Positions 1 through 15,000 of a stretch of DNA of 64,000 bases are shown piece by piece (the first letter of the stretch is position 1; every line of letters starts with the position of its first letter). Position numbers and translations under genes: made by a program. Location: positions 17,360,001 to 17,424,000 of the forward strand of contig OZ059899.1 in the NCBI GenBank assembly GCA_964057225.1. The letters run 5' to 3'. Origin of the DNA: Auanema rhodensis (Eukaryota > Animalia > Nematoda). The notes under the pieces are model-generated. The model saw nothing but the letters and a program-made list of their open reading frames with translations, was not told the DNA's origin and did not search any database.

Positions 1-3000
1 ATTAATTTTTTTGTTGAATAACATTGTCCATCGTCTTCGCCTTAAAAAAAGGAATCTAAAAACATCTACTTTTTGTGAAATTATTTTGAAATTTTTAGGG
101 AAAATTTTTGTCAAAATGTTTTTGGAAGCAATGTTGAGTGTACATGGAAACTCAACATACACTAATACATCATTTTTTAAACGATCATAACTAATTTTTG
201 TATTGAGGGTTTCTCAATGTAGTATAGTGCATTCGATGCGGATTTTTAAGCTGCGTCGATCTGTGTTATCAGATTTGCGCTATCTTTAAAAATGCACCGA
301 GATATCAACTGATATAAGTTCACACTTATATCCTCGATTTTCACCCTGAAGAATTACTTTTTTTGTTGAATAACATTGTCCATCGTCTTCGCCTTGAAAA
401 AAGGAATCTAAAAACATCTACTTTTTGTGAAATTATTTTGAAATTTTTAGGGAAAATTTTTGTCAAAAAGTTTTTGGAAGCAATGTTGAGTGTACATGGA
501 AACTCAACATACACTAATGCATCATTTTTCAAACGATCATAACTAATTTTCGTATTAAGCGTTTCTCAATGTAGTATAGTGCATTCGATGCGGATTTTTA
601 AGCTGCGTCGATCTGTGTTATCAGATTTGCGCTAGCTTAAAAATGCACCGAGATATCAACTGAAATAAGTTAACACATATATCCTCGATTTTCACCCTGA
701 AGAATTAATTTTTTTGTTGAATAACATTGTCCATCGTCTTCGCCTTAAAAAAAGGAATCTAAAAACATCTACTTTTTGTGAAATTATTTTGAAATTTTCA
801 GAGAAAATTTTTGTCAAAATGTTTTTGGAAGCAATGTTGAGTGTACATGGAAACTCAACATACACTAATGCATCATTTTTCAAACGATCATAACTAATTT
901 TTGTATTAAGCGTTTCTCAATGTAGTATAGTGCATTCGATGCGGATTTTTAAGCTGCGTCGATCTGTGTTATCAGATTTGCGCTAGCTTAAAAATGCACC
1001 GAGATATCAACTGATATAAGTTTACACTTATATCCTCGATTTTCACCCTGGAGAATTAATTTTTTTGTTGAATAACATTGTCCATCGTCTTCGCCTTGAA
1101 AAAAGGAATCTAAAAACATCTACTTTTTGTGAAATTATTTTGAAATTTTTAGGGAAAATTTTTGTCAAAATGTTTTTGGAAGCAATGTTGAGTGTACATG
1201 GAAACTCAACATACACTAATACATCATTTTTTAAACGATCATAACTAATTTTTGTATTGAGGGTTTCTCAATGTAGTATAGTGCATTCGATGCGGATTTT
1301 TAAGCTGCGTCGATCTGTGTTATCAGATTTGCGCTATCTTTAAAATGCACCGAGATATCAACTGATATAAGTTCACACTTATATCCTCGATTTTCACCCT
1401 GAAAAATTGATTTTTTCGTTGAATAACATTGTCCATCGTCTTTGCCTTGAAAAAAGGAATCTAAAAACATCTACTTTTTGTAAAATTATTTTGAAATTTT
1501 TAGGTAAAATTTTTGTCAAAATGTTTTTGAAAGCAATGTTGAGTGTACATGGAAACTCAACATACACTAATGCATCATTTTTCAAACGATCATGACTAAT
1601 TTTTGTATTGAGCGTTTCTCAATGTAGTATAGTGCCTTCGATGCGGATTTTTAAGCTGCGTCGATTTGTGTTATCAGATTTGCGCTATCTTTAAAATGCA
1701 CCGAGATATCAACTGATATAAGTTCACACTTATATCCTCGATTTTCACCCTGAAGAATTAATTTTTTTGTTGAATAACCTTGTCCATCGTCTTCACCTTC
1801 AAAAAGGAATCTAAAAACATCTACTTTTTGTAAAATTATTCTGAAATTTTTAGGGAAAATTTTTGTCAAAATGTTTTTGGAAGCAATGTTGAGTGTACAT
1901 GGAAACTCAACATACACTAATGCATCATTTTTCAAACGATCATAACTAATTTTTGTATCAAGCGTTTCTCAATGTAGTATAGTGCATTCGAATCGGATTT
2001 TTAAGCTGCGTCGATCTGTGTTATCAGATTTGCGCTATCTTTAAAATGCACCGAGTTATCAACTGATATAAGTTCACACTTATATCCTCGATTTTCACCC
2101 TGAAGATTTAATTTTTTTGTTGAATAACCTTGTCCATCGTCTCCACCTTGAAAAAAGGAATCTAAAAACATCTACTTTTTGTAAAATTATTTTGAAATTT
2201 TTAGGGAAAATTTTTGTCAAAATGTTTTTGGAAGCAATGTTGAGTGTACATGGAAACTCAACATACACTAATGCATCTTTTTTCAAACGATCATAACTAA
2301 TTTTTGTATTAAGCGTTTCTCAATGTAGTATAGTGCATTCGATGCGGATTTTTAAGCTGCGTCGATCTGTGTTATCAGATTTGCGCTAGCTTAAAAATGC
2401 ACCGAGATATCAACTGATATAAGTTCACACTTATATCCTCGATTTTCACCCTGAAAAATTGATTTTTTCGTTGAATAACATTGTCCATCGTCTTTGCCTT
2501 GAAAAAAGGAATCTAAAAACATCTACTTTTTGTGAAATTATTTTGAAATTTTCAGAGAAAATTTTTGTCAAAATGTTTTTGGAAGCAATGTTGAGTGTAC
2601 ATGGAAACTCAACATACACTAATGCATCATTTTTCAAACGATCATAACTAATTTTTGTATTAAGCGTTTCTCAATGTAGTATAGTGCATTCGATGCGGAT
2701 TTTTAAGCTGCGTCGATCTGTGTTATCAGATTTGCGCTAGCTTAAAAATGCACCGAGATATCAACTGATATAAGTTTACACTTATATCCTCGATTTTCAC
2801 CCTGGAGAATTAATTTTTTCGTTGAATAACAATGTCCATCGTCTTCGCCTTAAAAAAAGGAATCTAAAAACATCTACTTTTTGTGAAATTATTTTGAAAT
2901 TTTTAGGGAAAATTTTTGTCAAAATGTTTTTGGAAGCAATGTTGAGTGTACATGGAAACTCAACATACACTAATGCATCATTTTTCAAACGATCATAACT

Positions 3001-6000
3001 AATTTTTGTATTGAGCGTTTCTCAATGTAGTATAGTGCATTCGATGGGGATTTTTAAGCTGCGTCGATCTATGTTATCAGATTTGCGCTATCTTTAAAAT
3101 GCACCGAGATATCAACTGTTATAAGTTCACACTTATATCCTCGATTTTCACCCTGAAGAATTAATTTTTTTGTTGAATAACATTGTCCATCGTCTTCGCC
3201 TTGAAAAAAGAAATCTAAAAACATCTACTTTTTGTGAAATTATTTTGAAATTTTCAGAGAAAATTTTTGTCAAAATGTTTTTGGAAGCAATGTTGAGTGT
3301 ACATGGAAACTCAACATACAATAATGCATCATTTTTCAAACGATCATAACTAATTTTTGTATTAAGCGTTTCTCAATGTAGTATAAAGCATTCGATGCGG
3401 ATTTTTAAGCTGCGTCGATCTGTGTTATCAGATTTGCGCTAGCTTAAAAATGCACCGAGATATCAACTGATATAAGTTCACACTTATATCCTCGATTTTC
3501 ACCCTGAAAAATTGATTTTTTCGTTGAATAACATTGTCCATCGTCTTTGCCTTGAAAAAAGGAATCTAAAAACATCTACTTTTTGTGAAATTATTTTGAA
3601 ATTTTCAGAGAAAATTTTTGTCAAAATGTTTTTGGAAGCAATGTTGAGTGTACATGGAAACTCAACATACACTAATGCATCATTTTTCAAACGATCATAA
3701 CTAATTTTTGTATTAAGCGTTTCTCAATGTAGTATAGTGCATTCGATGCGGATTTTTAAGCTGCGTCGATCTGTGTTATCAGATTTGCGCTAGCTTAAAA
3801 ATGCACCGAGATATCAACTGATATAAGTTTACACTTATATCCTCGATTTTCACCCTGGAGAATTAATTTTTTCGTTGAATAACAATGTCCATCGTCTTCG
3901 CCTTAAAAAAAAATCTGAAAACATCTACTTTTTGTGAAATTATTTTGAAATTTTTAGGGAAAATTTTTGTCAAAATGTTTTTGGAAGCAATGTTGAGTGT
4001 ACATGGAAACTCAACATACACTAATGCATCATTTTTCAAACGATCATAACTAATTTTTGTATTGAGCGTTTCTCAATGTAGTATAGTGCATTCGATGCGG
4101 ATTTTTAAGCTGCGTCGATCTATGTTATCAGATTTGCGCTATCTTTAAAATGCACCGAGATATCAACTGTTATAAGTTCACACTTATATCCTCGATTTTC
4201 ACCCTGAAGAATTAATTTTTTTGTTGAATAACATTGTCCATCGTCTTCGCCTTGAAAAAAGGAATCTAAAAACATCTACTTTTTGTGAAATTATTTTGAA
4301 ATTTTTAGGGAAAATTTTTGTCAAAATGTTTTTGGAAGCAATGTTGAGTGTACATGGAAACTCAACATACACTAATACATCATTTTTTAAACGATCATAA
4401 CTAATTTTTGTATTGAGGGTTTCTCAATGTAGTATAGTGCATTCGATGCGGATTTTTAAGCTGCGTCGATCTGTGTTATCAGATTTGCGCTAGCTTAAAA
4501 AAGCACGGAGATATCAACTGATATAAGTTCACACTTATATCCTCGATTTTCACCCTGAAGAATTAATTTTTTTGTTGAATAACATTGTCCATCGTCTTCG
4601 CCTTGAAAAAAGGAATCTAAAAACATCTACTTTTTGTGAAATTATTTCGAAATTTTTAGGGAAAATTTCTGTCAAAATGTTTTTGGAAGCAATGTTGAGT
4701 GTACATGGAAACTCAACATACACTAATACATCATTTTTTAAACGATCATAACTAATTTTTGTATTGAGGGTTTCTCAATGTAGTATAGTGCATTCGATGC
4801 GGATTTTTAAGCTGCGTCGATCTGTGTTATCAGATTTGCGCTAGCTTAAAAATGCACCGAGATATCAACTGATATAAGTTCACACTTATATCCTCGATTT
4901 TCACCCTGAAGAATTAATTTTTTTGTTGAATAACATTGTCCATCGTCTTCGCCTTGAAAAAAGGAATCTAAAAACATCTACTTTTTGTGAAATTATTTCG
5001 AAATTTTTAGGGAAAATTTCTGTCAAAATGTTTTTGGAAGCAATGTTGAGTGTACATGGAAACTCAACATACACTAATACATCATTTTTTAAACGATCAT
5101 AACTAATTTTTGTATTGAGGGTTTCTCAATGTAGTATAGTGCATTCGATGCGGATTTTTAAGCTGCGTCGATCTGTGTTATCAGATTTGCGCTAGCTTAA
5201 AAAAGCACCGAGATATCAACTGATATAAGTTCACACTTATATCCTCGATTTTCACCCTGAAGAATTAATTTTTTTGTTGAATAACATTGTCCATCGTCTT
5301 CGCCTTGAAAAAAGGAATCTAAAAACATCTACTTTTCGTGAAATTATTTCGAAATTTTTAGGTAAAATTTTTGTCAAAATGTTTTTGAAAGCAATGTTGA
5401 GTGTACATGGAAACTCAACATACACTAATGCATCATTTTTCAAACGATCATAACTAATTTTTGTATTGAGGGTTTCTCAATGTAGTATAGTGCATTCGAT
5501 GCGGATTTTTAAGCTGCGTCGATCTATGTTATCAGATTTGCGCTATCTTTAAAATGCACCGAGATATCAACTGTTATAAGTTCACACTTATATCCTCGAT
5601 TTTCACCCTGAAGAATTAATTTTTTTGTTGAATAACATTGTCCATCGTCTTTGCCTTGAAAAAAGAAATCTAAAAACATCTACTTTTTGTAAAATTATTT
5701 TGAAATTTTTAGGGAAAATTTTTGTCAAAATGTTTTTGGAAGCAATGTTGAGTGTACATGGAAACTCAACATACACTAATGCATCATTTTTCAAACGATC
5801 ATAACTAATTTTTGTATTGAGGGTTTCTCAATGTAGTATAGTGCATTCGATGCGGATTTTTAAGCTGCGTCGATCTGTGTTATCAGATTTGCGCTATCTT
5901 TAAAAATGCACCGAGATATCAACTGAAATAAGTTAACACATATATCCTCGATTTTCACCCTGAAGAATTAATTTTTTTGTTGAATAACATTGTCCATCGT

Positions 6001-9000
6001 CTTCGCCTTGAAAAAAGAAATCTAAAAACATCTACTTTTTGTGAAATTATTTTGAAATTTTTAGGGAAAATTTTTGTCAAAATGTTTTTGGAAGCAATGT
6101 TGAGTGTACATGGAAACTCAACATACACTAATGCATCATTTTCCAAACGATCATAACTAATTTTCGTATTAAGCGTTTCTCAATGTAGTATAGTGCATTC
6201 GATGCGGATTTTTAAGCTGCGTCGATCTGTGTTATCAGATTTGCGCTAGCTTAAAAATGCACCGAGATATCAACTGAAATAAGTTAACACATATATCCTC
6301 GATTTTCACCCTGAAGAATTAATTTTTTTGTTGAATAACATTGTCCATCGTCTTCGCCTTAAAAAAAGGAATCTAAAAACATCTACTTTTTGTGAAATTA
6401 TTTTGAAATTTTTAGGGAAAATTTTTGTCAAAATGTTTTTGAAAGCAATGTTGAGTGTACATGGAAACTCAACATACACTAATACATCATTTTTTAAACG
6501 ATCATAACTAATTTTTGTATTGAGGGTTTCTCAATGTAGTATAGTGCATTCGATGCGGATTTTTAAGCTGCGTCGATCTGTGTTATCAGATTTGCGCTAT
6601 CTTTAAAATGCACCGAGATATCAACTGATATAAGTTCACACTTATATCCTCGATTTTCACCCTGAAGAATTAATTTTTTTGTTGAATAACCTTGTCCATC
6701 GTCTTCACCTTGAAAAAAGGAATCTAAAAACATCTACTTTTTGTGAAATTATTTTGAAATTTTCAGAGAAAATTTTTGTCAAAATGTTTTTGGAAGCAAT
6801 GTTGAGTGTACATGGAAACTCAACATACACTAATGCATCATTTTTCAAACGATCATAACTAATTTTTGTATTAAGCGTTTCTCAATGTAGTATAGTGCAT
6901 TCGATGCGGATTTTTAAGCTGCGTCGATCTGTGTTATCAGATTTGCGCTAGCTTAAAAATGCACCGAGATATCAACTGATATAAGTTTACACTTATATCC
7001 TCGATTTTCACCCTGGAGAATTAATTTTTTTGTTGAATAACATTGTCCATCGTCTTCGCCTTGAAAAAAGGAATCTAAAAACATCTACTTTTTGTGAAAT
7101 TATTTTGAAATTTTTAGGGAAAATTTTTGTCAAAATGTTTTTGGAAGCAATGTTGAGTGTACATGGAAACTCAACATACACTAATACATCATTTTTCAAA
7201 CGATCATAACTAATTTTCGTATTAAGCGTTTCTCAATGTAGTATAGTGCATTCGATGCGGATTTTTAAGCTGCGTCGATCTGTGTTATCAGATTTGCGCT
7301 AGCTTAAAAATGCACCGAGATATCAACTGATATAAGTTCACACTTATATCCTCGATTTTCACCCTGAAGAATTAATTTTTTTGTTGAATAACATTGTCCA
7401 TCGTCTTCACCTTGAAAAAAGGAATCTAAAAACATCTACTTTTTGTGAAATTATTTCGAAATTTTTAGGGAAAATTTTTGTCAAAATGTTTTTGGAAGCA
7501 ATGTTGAGTGTACATGGAAACTCAACATACACTAATACATCATTTTTTAAACGATCATAACTAATTTTTGTATTGAGGGTTTCTCAATGTAGTATAGTGC
7601 ATTCGATGCGGATTTTTAAGCTGCGTCGATCTGTGTTATCAGATTTGCGCTAGCTTAAAAAAGCACCGAGATATCAACTGATATAAGTTCACACTTATAT
7701 CCTCGATTTTCACCCTGAAGAATTAATTTTTTTGTTGAATAACATTGTCCATCGTCTTCGCCTTGAAAAAAGGAATCTAAAAACATCTACTTTTCGTGAA
7801 ATTATTTCGAAATTTTTAGGTAAAATTTTTGTCAAAATGTTTTTGAAAGCAATGTTGAGTGTACATGGAAACTCAACATACACTAATGCATCATTTTTCA
7901 AACGATCATGACTAATTTTTGTATTGAGGGTTTCTCAATGTAGTATAGTGCATTCGATGCGGATTTTTAAGCTGCGTCGATCTGTGTTATCAGATTTGCG
8001 CTAGCTTAAAAATGCACCGAGATATCAACTGATATAAGTTCACACTTATATCCTCGATTTTCACCCTGAAGAATTAATGTTTTTGTTGAATAACATTGTC
8101 CATCGTCTTCACCTTGAAAAAAGGAATCTAAAAACATCTACTTTTTGTGAAATTATTTTGAAATTTTTAGGGAAAATTTTTGTCAAAAAGTTTTTGGAAG
8201 CAATGTTGAGTGTACATGGAAACTCAACATACACTAATGCATCATTTTTCAAACGATCATAACTAATTTTCGTATTAAGCGTTTCTCAATGTAGTATAGT
8301 GCATTCGATGCGGATTTTTAAGCTGCGTCGATCTGTGTTATCAGATTTGCGCTAGCTTAAAAATGCACCGAGATATCAACTGAAATAAGTTAACACATAT
8401 ATCCTCGATTTTCACCCTGAAGAATTAATTTTTTTGTTGAATAACATTGTCCATCGTCTTCGCCTTAAAAAAAGGAATCTAAAAACATCTACTTTTTGTG
8501 AAATTATTTTGAAATTTTTAGGGAAAATTTTTGTCAAAATGTTTTTGGAAGCAATGTTGAGTGTACATGGAAACTCAACATACACTAATACATCATTTTT
8601 TAAACGATCATAACTAATTTTTGTATTGAGGGTTTCTCAATGTAGTATAGTGCATTCGATGCGGATTTTTAAGCTGCGTCGATCTGTGTTATCAGATTTG
8701 CGCTATCTTTAAAAATGCACCGAGATATCAACTGATATAAGTTCACACTTATATCCTCGATTTTCACCCTGAAGAATTACTTTTTTTGTTGAATAACATT
8801 GTCCATCGTCTTCGCCTTGAAAAAAGGAATCTAAAAACATCTACTTTTTGTGAAATTATTTTGAAATTTTTAGGGAAAATTTTTGTCAAAAAGTTTTTGG
8901 AAGCAATGTTGAGTGTACATGGAAACTCAACATACACTAATGCATCATTTTTCAAACGATCATAACTAATTTTCGTATTAAGCGTTTCTCAATGTAGTAT

Positions 9001-12000
9001 AGTGCATTCGATGCGGATTTTTAAGCTGCGTCGATCTGTGTTATCAGATTTGCGCTAGCTTAAAAATGCACCGAGATATCAACTGAAATAAGTTAACACA
9101 TATATCCTCGATTTTCACCCTGAAGAATTAATTTTTTTGTTGAATAACATTGTCCATCGTCTTCGCCTTAAAAAAAGGAATCTAAAAACATCTACTTTTT
9201 GTGAAATTATTTTGAAATTTTCAGAGAAAATTTTTGTCAAAATGTTTTTGGAAGCAATGTTGAGTGTACATGGAAACTCAACATACACTAATGCATCATT
9301 TTTCAAACGATCATAACTAATTTTTGTATTAAGCGTTTCTCAATGTAGTATAGTGCATTCGATGCGGATTTTTAAGCTGCGTCGATCTGTGTTATCAGAT
9401 TTGCGCTAGCTTAAAAATGCACCGAGATATCAACTGATATAAGTTTACACTTATATCCTCGATTTTCACCCTGGAGAATTAATTTTTTTGTTGAATAACA
9501 TTGTCCATCGTCTTCGCCTTGAAAAAAGGAATCTAAAAACATCTACTTTTTGTGAAATTATTTTGAAATTTTTAGGGAAAATTTTTGTCAAAATGTTTTT
9601 GGAAGCAATGTTGAGTGTACATGGAAACTCAACATACACTAATACATCATTTTTTAAACGATCATAACTAATTTTTGTATTGAGGGTTTCTCAATGTAGT
9701 ATAGTGCATTCGATGCGGATTTTTAAGCTGCGTCGATCTGTGTTATCAGATTTGCGCTATCTTTAAAATGCACCGAGATATCAACTGATATAAGTTCACA
9801 CTTATATCCTCGATTTTCACCCTGAAAAATTGATTTTTTCGTTGAATAACATTGTCCATCGTCTTTGCCTTGAAAAAAGGAATCTAAAAACATCTACTTT
9901 TTGTAAAATTATTTTGAAATTTTTAGGTAAAATTTTTGTCAAAATGTTTTTGAAAGCAATGTTGAGTGTACATGGAAACTCAACATACACTAATGCATCA
10001 TTTTTCAAACGATCATGACTAATTTTTGTATTGAGCGTTTCTCAATGTAGTATAGTGCCTTCGATGCGGATTTTTAAGCTGCGTCGATTTGTGTTATCAG
10101 ATTTGCGCTATCTTTAAAATGCACCGAGATATCAACTGATATAAGTTCACACTTATATCCTCGATTTTCACCCTGAAGAATTAATTTTTTTGTTGAATAA
10201 CCTTGTCCATCGTCTTCACCTTCAAAAAGAAATCTAAAAACATCTACTTTTTGTAAAATTATTCTGAAATTTTTAGGGAAAATTTTTGTCAAAATGTTTT
10301 TGGAAGCAATGTTGAGTGTACATGGAAACTCAACATACACTAATGCATCATTTTTCAAACGATCATAACTAATTTTTGTATCAAGCGTTTCTCAATGTAG
10401 TATAGTGCATTCGAATCGGATTTTTAAGCTGCGTCGATCTGTGTTATCAGATTTGCGCTATCTTTAAAATGCACCGAGTTATCAACTGATATAAGTTCAC
10501 ACTTATATCCTCGATTTTCACCCTGAAGATTTAATTTTTTTGTTGAATAACCTTGTCCATCGTCTCCACCTTGAAAAAAGGAATCTAAAAACATCTACTT
10601 TTTGTAAAATTATTTTGAAATTTTTAGGGAAAATTTTTGTCAAAATGTTTTTGGAAGCAATGTTGAGTGTACATGGAAACTCAACATACACTAATGCATC
10701 TTTTTTCAAACGATCATAACTAATTTTTGTATTAAGCGTTTCTCAATGTAGTATAGTGCATTCGATGCGGATTTTTAAGCTGCGTCGATCTGTGTTATCA
10801 GATTTGCGCTAGCTTAAAAATGCACCGAGATATCAACTGATATAAGTTCACACTTATATCCTCGATTTTCACCCTGAAAAATTGATTTTTTCGTTGAATA
10901 ACATTGTCCATCGTCTTTGCCTTGAAAAAAGGAATCTAAAAACATCTACTTTTTGTGAAATTATTTTGAAATTTTCAGAGAAAATTTTTGTCAAAATGTT
11001 TTTGGAAGCAATGTTGAGTGTACATGGAAACTCAACATACACTAATGCATCATTTTTCAAACGATCATAACTAATTTTTGTATTAAGCGTTTCTCAATGT
11101 AGTATAGTGCATTCGATGCGGATTTTTAAGCTGCGTCGATCTGTGTTATCAGATTTGCGCTAGCTTAAAAATGCACCGAGATATCAACTGATATAAGTTT
11201 ACACTTATATCCTCGATTTTCACCCTGGAGAATTAATTTTTTCGTTGAATAACAATGTCCATCGTCTTCGCCTTAAAAAAAGGAATCTAAAAACATCTAC
11301 TTTTTGTGAAATTATTTTGAAATTTTTAGGGAAAATTTTTGTCAAAATGTTTTTGGAAGCAATGTTGAGTGTACATGGAAACTCAACATACACTAATGCA
11401 TCATTTTTCAAACGATCATAACTAATTTTTGTATTGAGCGTTTCTCAATGTAGTATAGTGCATTCGATGGGGATTTTTAAGCTGCGTCGATCTATGTTAT
11501 CAGATTTGCGCTATCTTTAAAATGCACCGAGATATCAACTGTTATAAGTTCACACTTATATCCTCGATTTTCACCCTGAAGAATTAATTTTTTTGTTGAA
11601 TAACATTGTCCATCGTCTTCGCCTTGAAAAAAGAAATCTAAAAACATCTACTTTTTGTGAAATTATTTTGAAATTTTCAGAGAAAATTTTTGTCAAAATG
11701 TTTTTGGAAGCAATGTTGAGTGTACATGGAAACTCAACATACAATAATGCATCATTTTTCAAACGATCATAACTAATTTTTGTATTAAGCGTTTCTCAAT
11801 GTAGTATAAAGCATTCGATGCGGATTTTTAAGCTGCGTCGATCTGTGTTATCAGATTTGCGCTAGCTTAAAAATGCACCGAGATATCAACTGATATAAGT
11901 TCACACTTATATCCTCGATTTTCACCCTGAAAAATTGATTTTTTCGTTGAATAACATTGTCCATCGTCTTTGCCTTGAAAAAAGGAATCTAAAAACATCT

Positions 12001-15000
12001 ACTTTTTGTGAAATTATTTTGAAATTTTCAGAGAAAATTTTTGTCAAAATGTTTTTGGAAGCAATGTTGAGTGTACATGGAAACTCAACATACACTAATG
12101 CATCATTTTTCAAACGATCATAACTAATTTTTGTATTAAGCGTTTCTCAATGTAGTATAGTGCATTCGATGCGGATTTTTAAGCTGCGTCGATCTGTGTT
12201 ATCAGATTTGCGCTAGCTTAAAAATGCACCGAGATATCAACTGATATAAGTTTACACTTATATCCTCGATTTTCACCCTGGAGAATTAATTTTTTCGTTG
12301 AATAACAATGTCCATCGTCTTCGCCTTAAAAAAAAATCTGAAAACATCTACTTTTTGTGAAATTATTTTGAAATTTTTAGGGAAAATTTTTGTCAAAATG
12401 TTTTTGGAAGCAATGTTGAGTGTACATGGAAACTCAACATACACTAATGCATCATTTTTCAAACGATCATAACTAATTTTTGTATTGAGCGTTTCTCAAT
12501 GTAGTATAGTGCATTCGATGGGGATTTTTAAGCTGCGTCGATCTATGTTATCAGATTTGCGCTATCTTTAAAATGCACCGAGATATCAACTGTTATAAGT
12601 TCACACTTATATCCTCGATTTTCACCCTGAAGAATTAATTTTTTTGTTGAATAACATTGTCCATCGTCTTCGCCTTGAAAAAAGAAATCTAAAAACATCT
12701 ACTTTTTGTGAAATTATTTTGAAATTTTCAGAGAAAATTTTTGTCAAAATGTTTTTGGAAGCAATGTTGAGTGTACATGGAAACTCAACATACAATAATG
12801 CATCATTTTTCAAACGATCATAACTAATTTTTGTATTAAGCGTTTCTCAATGTAGTATAAAGCATTCGATGCGGATTTTTAAGCTGCGTCGATCTGTGTT
12901 ATCAGATTTGCGCTAGCTTAAAAATGCACCGAGATATCAACTGATATAAGTTTACACTTATATCCTCGATTTTCACCCTGGAGAATTAATTTTTTCGTTG
13001 AATAACAATGTCCATCGTCTTCGCCTTAAAAAAAGGAATCTAAAAACATCTACTTTTTGTGAAATTATTTTGAAATTTTTAGGGAAAATTTTTGTCAAAA
13101 TGTTTTTGGAAGCAATGTTGAGTGTACATGGAAACTCAACATACACTAATACATCATTTTTTAAACGATCATAACTAATTTTTGTATTGAGGGTTTCTCA
13201 ATGTAGTATAGTGCATTCGATGCGGATTTTTAAGCTGCGTCGATCTGTGTTATCAGATTTGCGCTAGCTTAAAAAAGCACCGAGATATCAACTGATATAA
13301 GTTCACACTTATATCCTCGATTTTCACCCTGAAGAATTAATTTTTTTGTTGAATAACATTGTCCATCGTCTTCGCCTTGAAAAAAGGAATCTAAAAACAT
13401 CTACTTTTTGTGAAATTATTTCGAAATTTTTAGGGAAAATTTTTGTCAAAATGTTTTTGGAAGCAATGTTGAGTGTACATGGAAACTCAACATACACTAA
13501 TGCATCATTTTTCAAACGATCATAACTAATTTTTGTATTGAGCGTTTCTCAATGTAGTATAGTGCATTCGATGGGGATTTTTAAGCTGCGTCGATCTATG
13601 TTATCAGATTTGCGCTATCTTTAAAATGCACCGAGATATCAACTGTTATAAGTTCACACTTATATCCTCGATTTTCACCCTGAAGAATTAATTTTTTTGT
13701 TGAATAACATTGTCCATCGTCTTCGCCTTGAAAAAAGAAATCTAAAAACATCTACTTTTTGTGAAATTATTTTGAAATTTTCAGAGAAAATTTTTGTCAA
13801 AATGTTTTTGGAAGCAATGTTGAGTGTACATGGAAACTCAACATACAATAATGCATCATTTTTCAAACGATCATAACTAATTTTTGTATTAAGCGTTTCT
13901 CAATGTAGTATAAAGCATTCGATGCGGATTTTTAAGCTGCGTCGATCTGTGTTATCAGATTTGCGCTAGCTTAAAAATGCACCGAGATATCAACTGATAT
14001 AAGTTTACACTTATATCCTCGATTTTCACCCTGGAGAATTAATTTTTTCGTTGAATAACAATGTCCATCGTCTTCGCCTTAAAAAAAGGAATCTAAAAAC
14101 ATCTACTTTTTGTGAAATTATTTTGAAATTTTTAGGGAAAATTTTTGTCAAAATGTTTTTGGAAGCAATGTTGAGTGTACATGGAAACTCAACATACACT
14201 AATACATCATTTTTTAAACGATCATAACTAATTTTTGTATTGAGGGTTTCTCAATGTAGTATAGTGCATTCGATGCGGATTTTTAAGCTGCGTCGATCTG
14301 TGTTATCAGATTTGCGCTAGCTTAAAAAAGCACCGAGATATCAACTGATATAAGTTCACACTTATATCCTCGATTTTCACCCTGAAGAATTAATTTTTTT
14401 GTTGAATAACATTGTCCATCGTCTTCGCCTTGAAAAAAGGAATCTAAAAACATCTACTTTTTGTGAAATTATTTCGAAATTTTTAGGGAAAATTTTTGTC
14501 AAAATGTTTTTGGAAGCAATGTTGAGTGTACATGGAAACTCAACATACACTAATACATCATTTTTTAAACGATCATAACTAATTTTTGTATTGAGGGTTT
14601 CTCAATGTAGTATAGTGCATTCGATGCGGATTTTTAAGCTGCGTCGATCTGTGTTATCAGATTTGCGCTAGCTTAAAAAAGCACCGAGATATCAACTGAT
14701 ATAAGTTCACACTTATATCCTCGATTTTCACCCTGAAGAATTAATTTTTTTGTTGAATAACATTGTCCATCGTCTTCGCCTTGAAAAAAGGAATCTAAAA
14801 ACATCTACTTTTTGTGAAATTATTTCGAAATTTTTAGGGAAAATTTTTGTCAAAATGTTTTTGGAAGCAATGTTGAGTGTACATGGAAACTCAACATACA
14901 CTAATACATCATTTTTTAAACGATCATAACTAATTTTTGTATTGAGGGTTTCTCAATGTAGTATAGTGCATTCGATGCGGATTTTTAAGCTGCGTCGATC

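Noticed and set aside
1410-1430. CENP-B box (tttcgttgaataac in some 351-mers; tttcgttttgaaaag in 182-mers)
   Set aside because: Only the TTCG half matches; the required CGGG half is missing.
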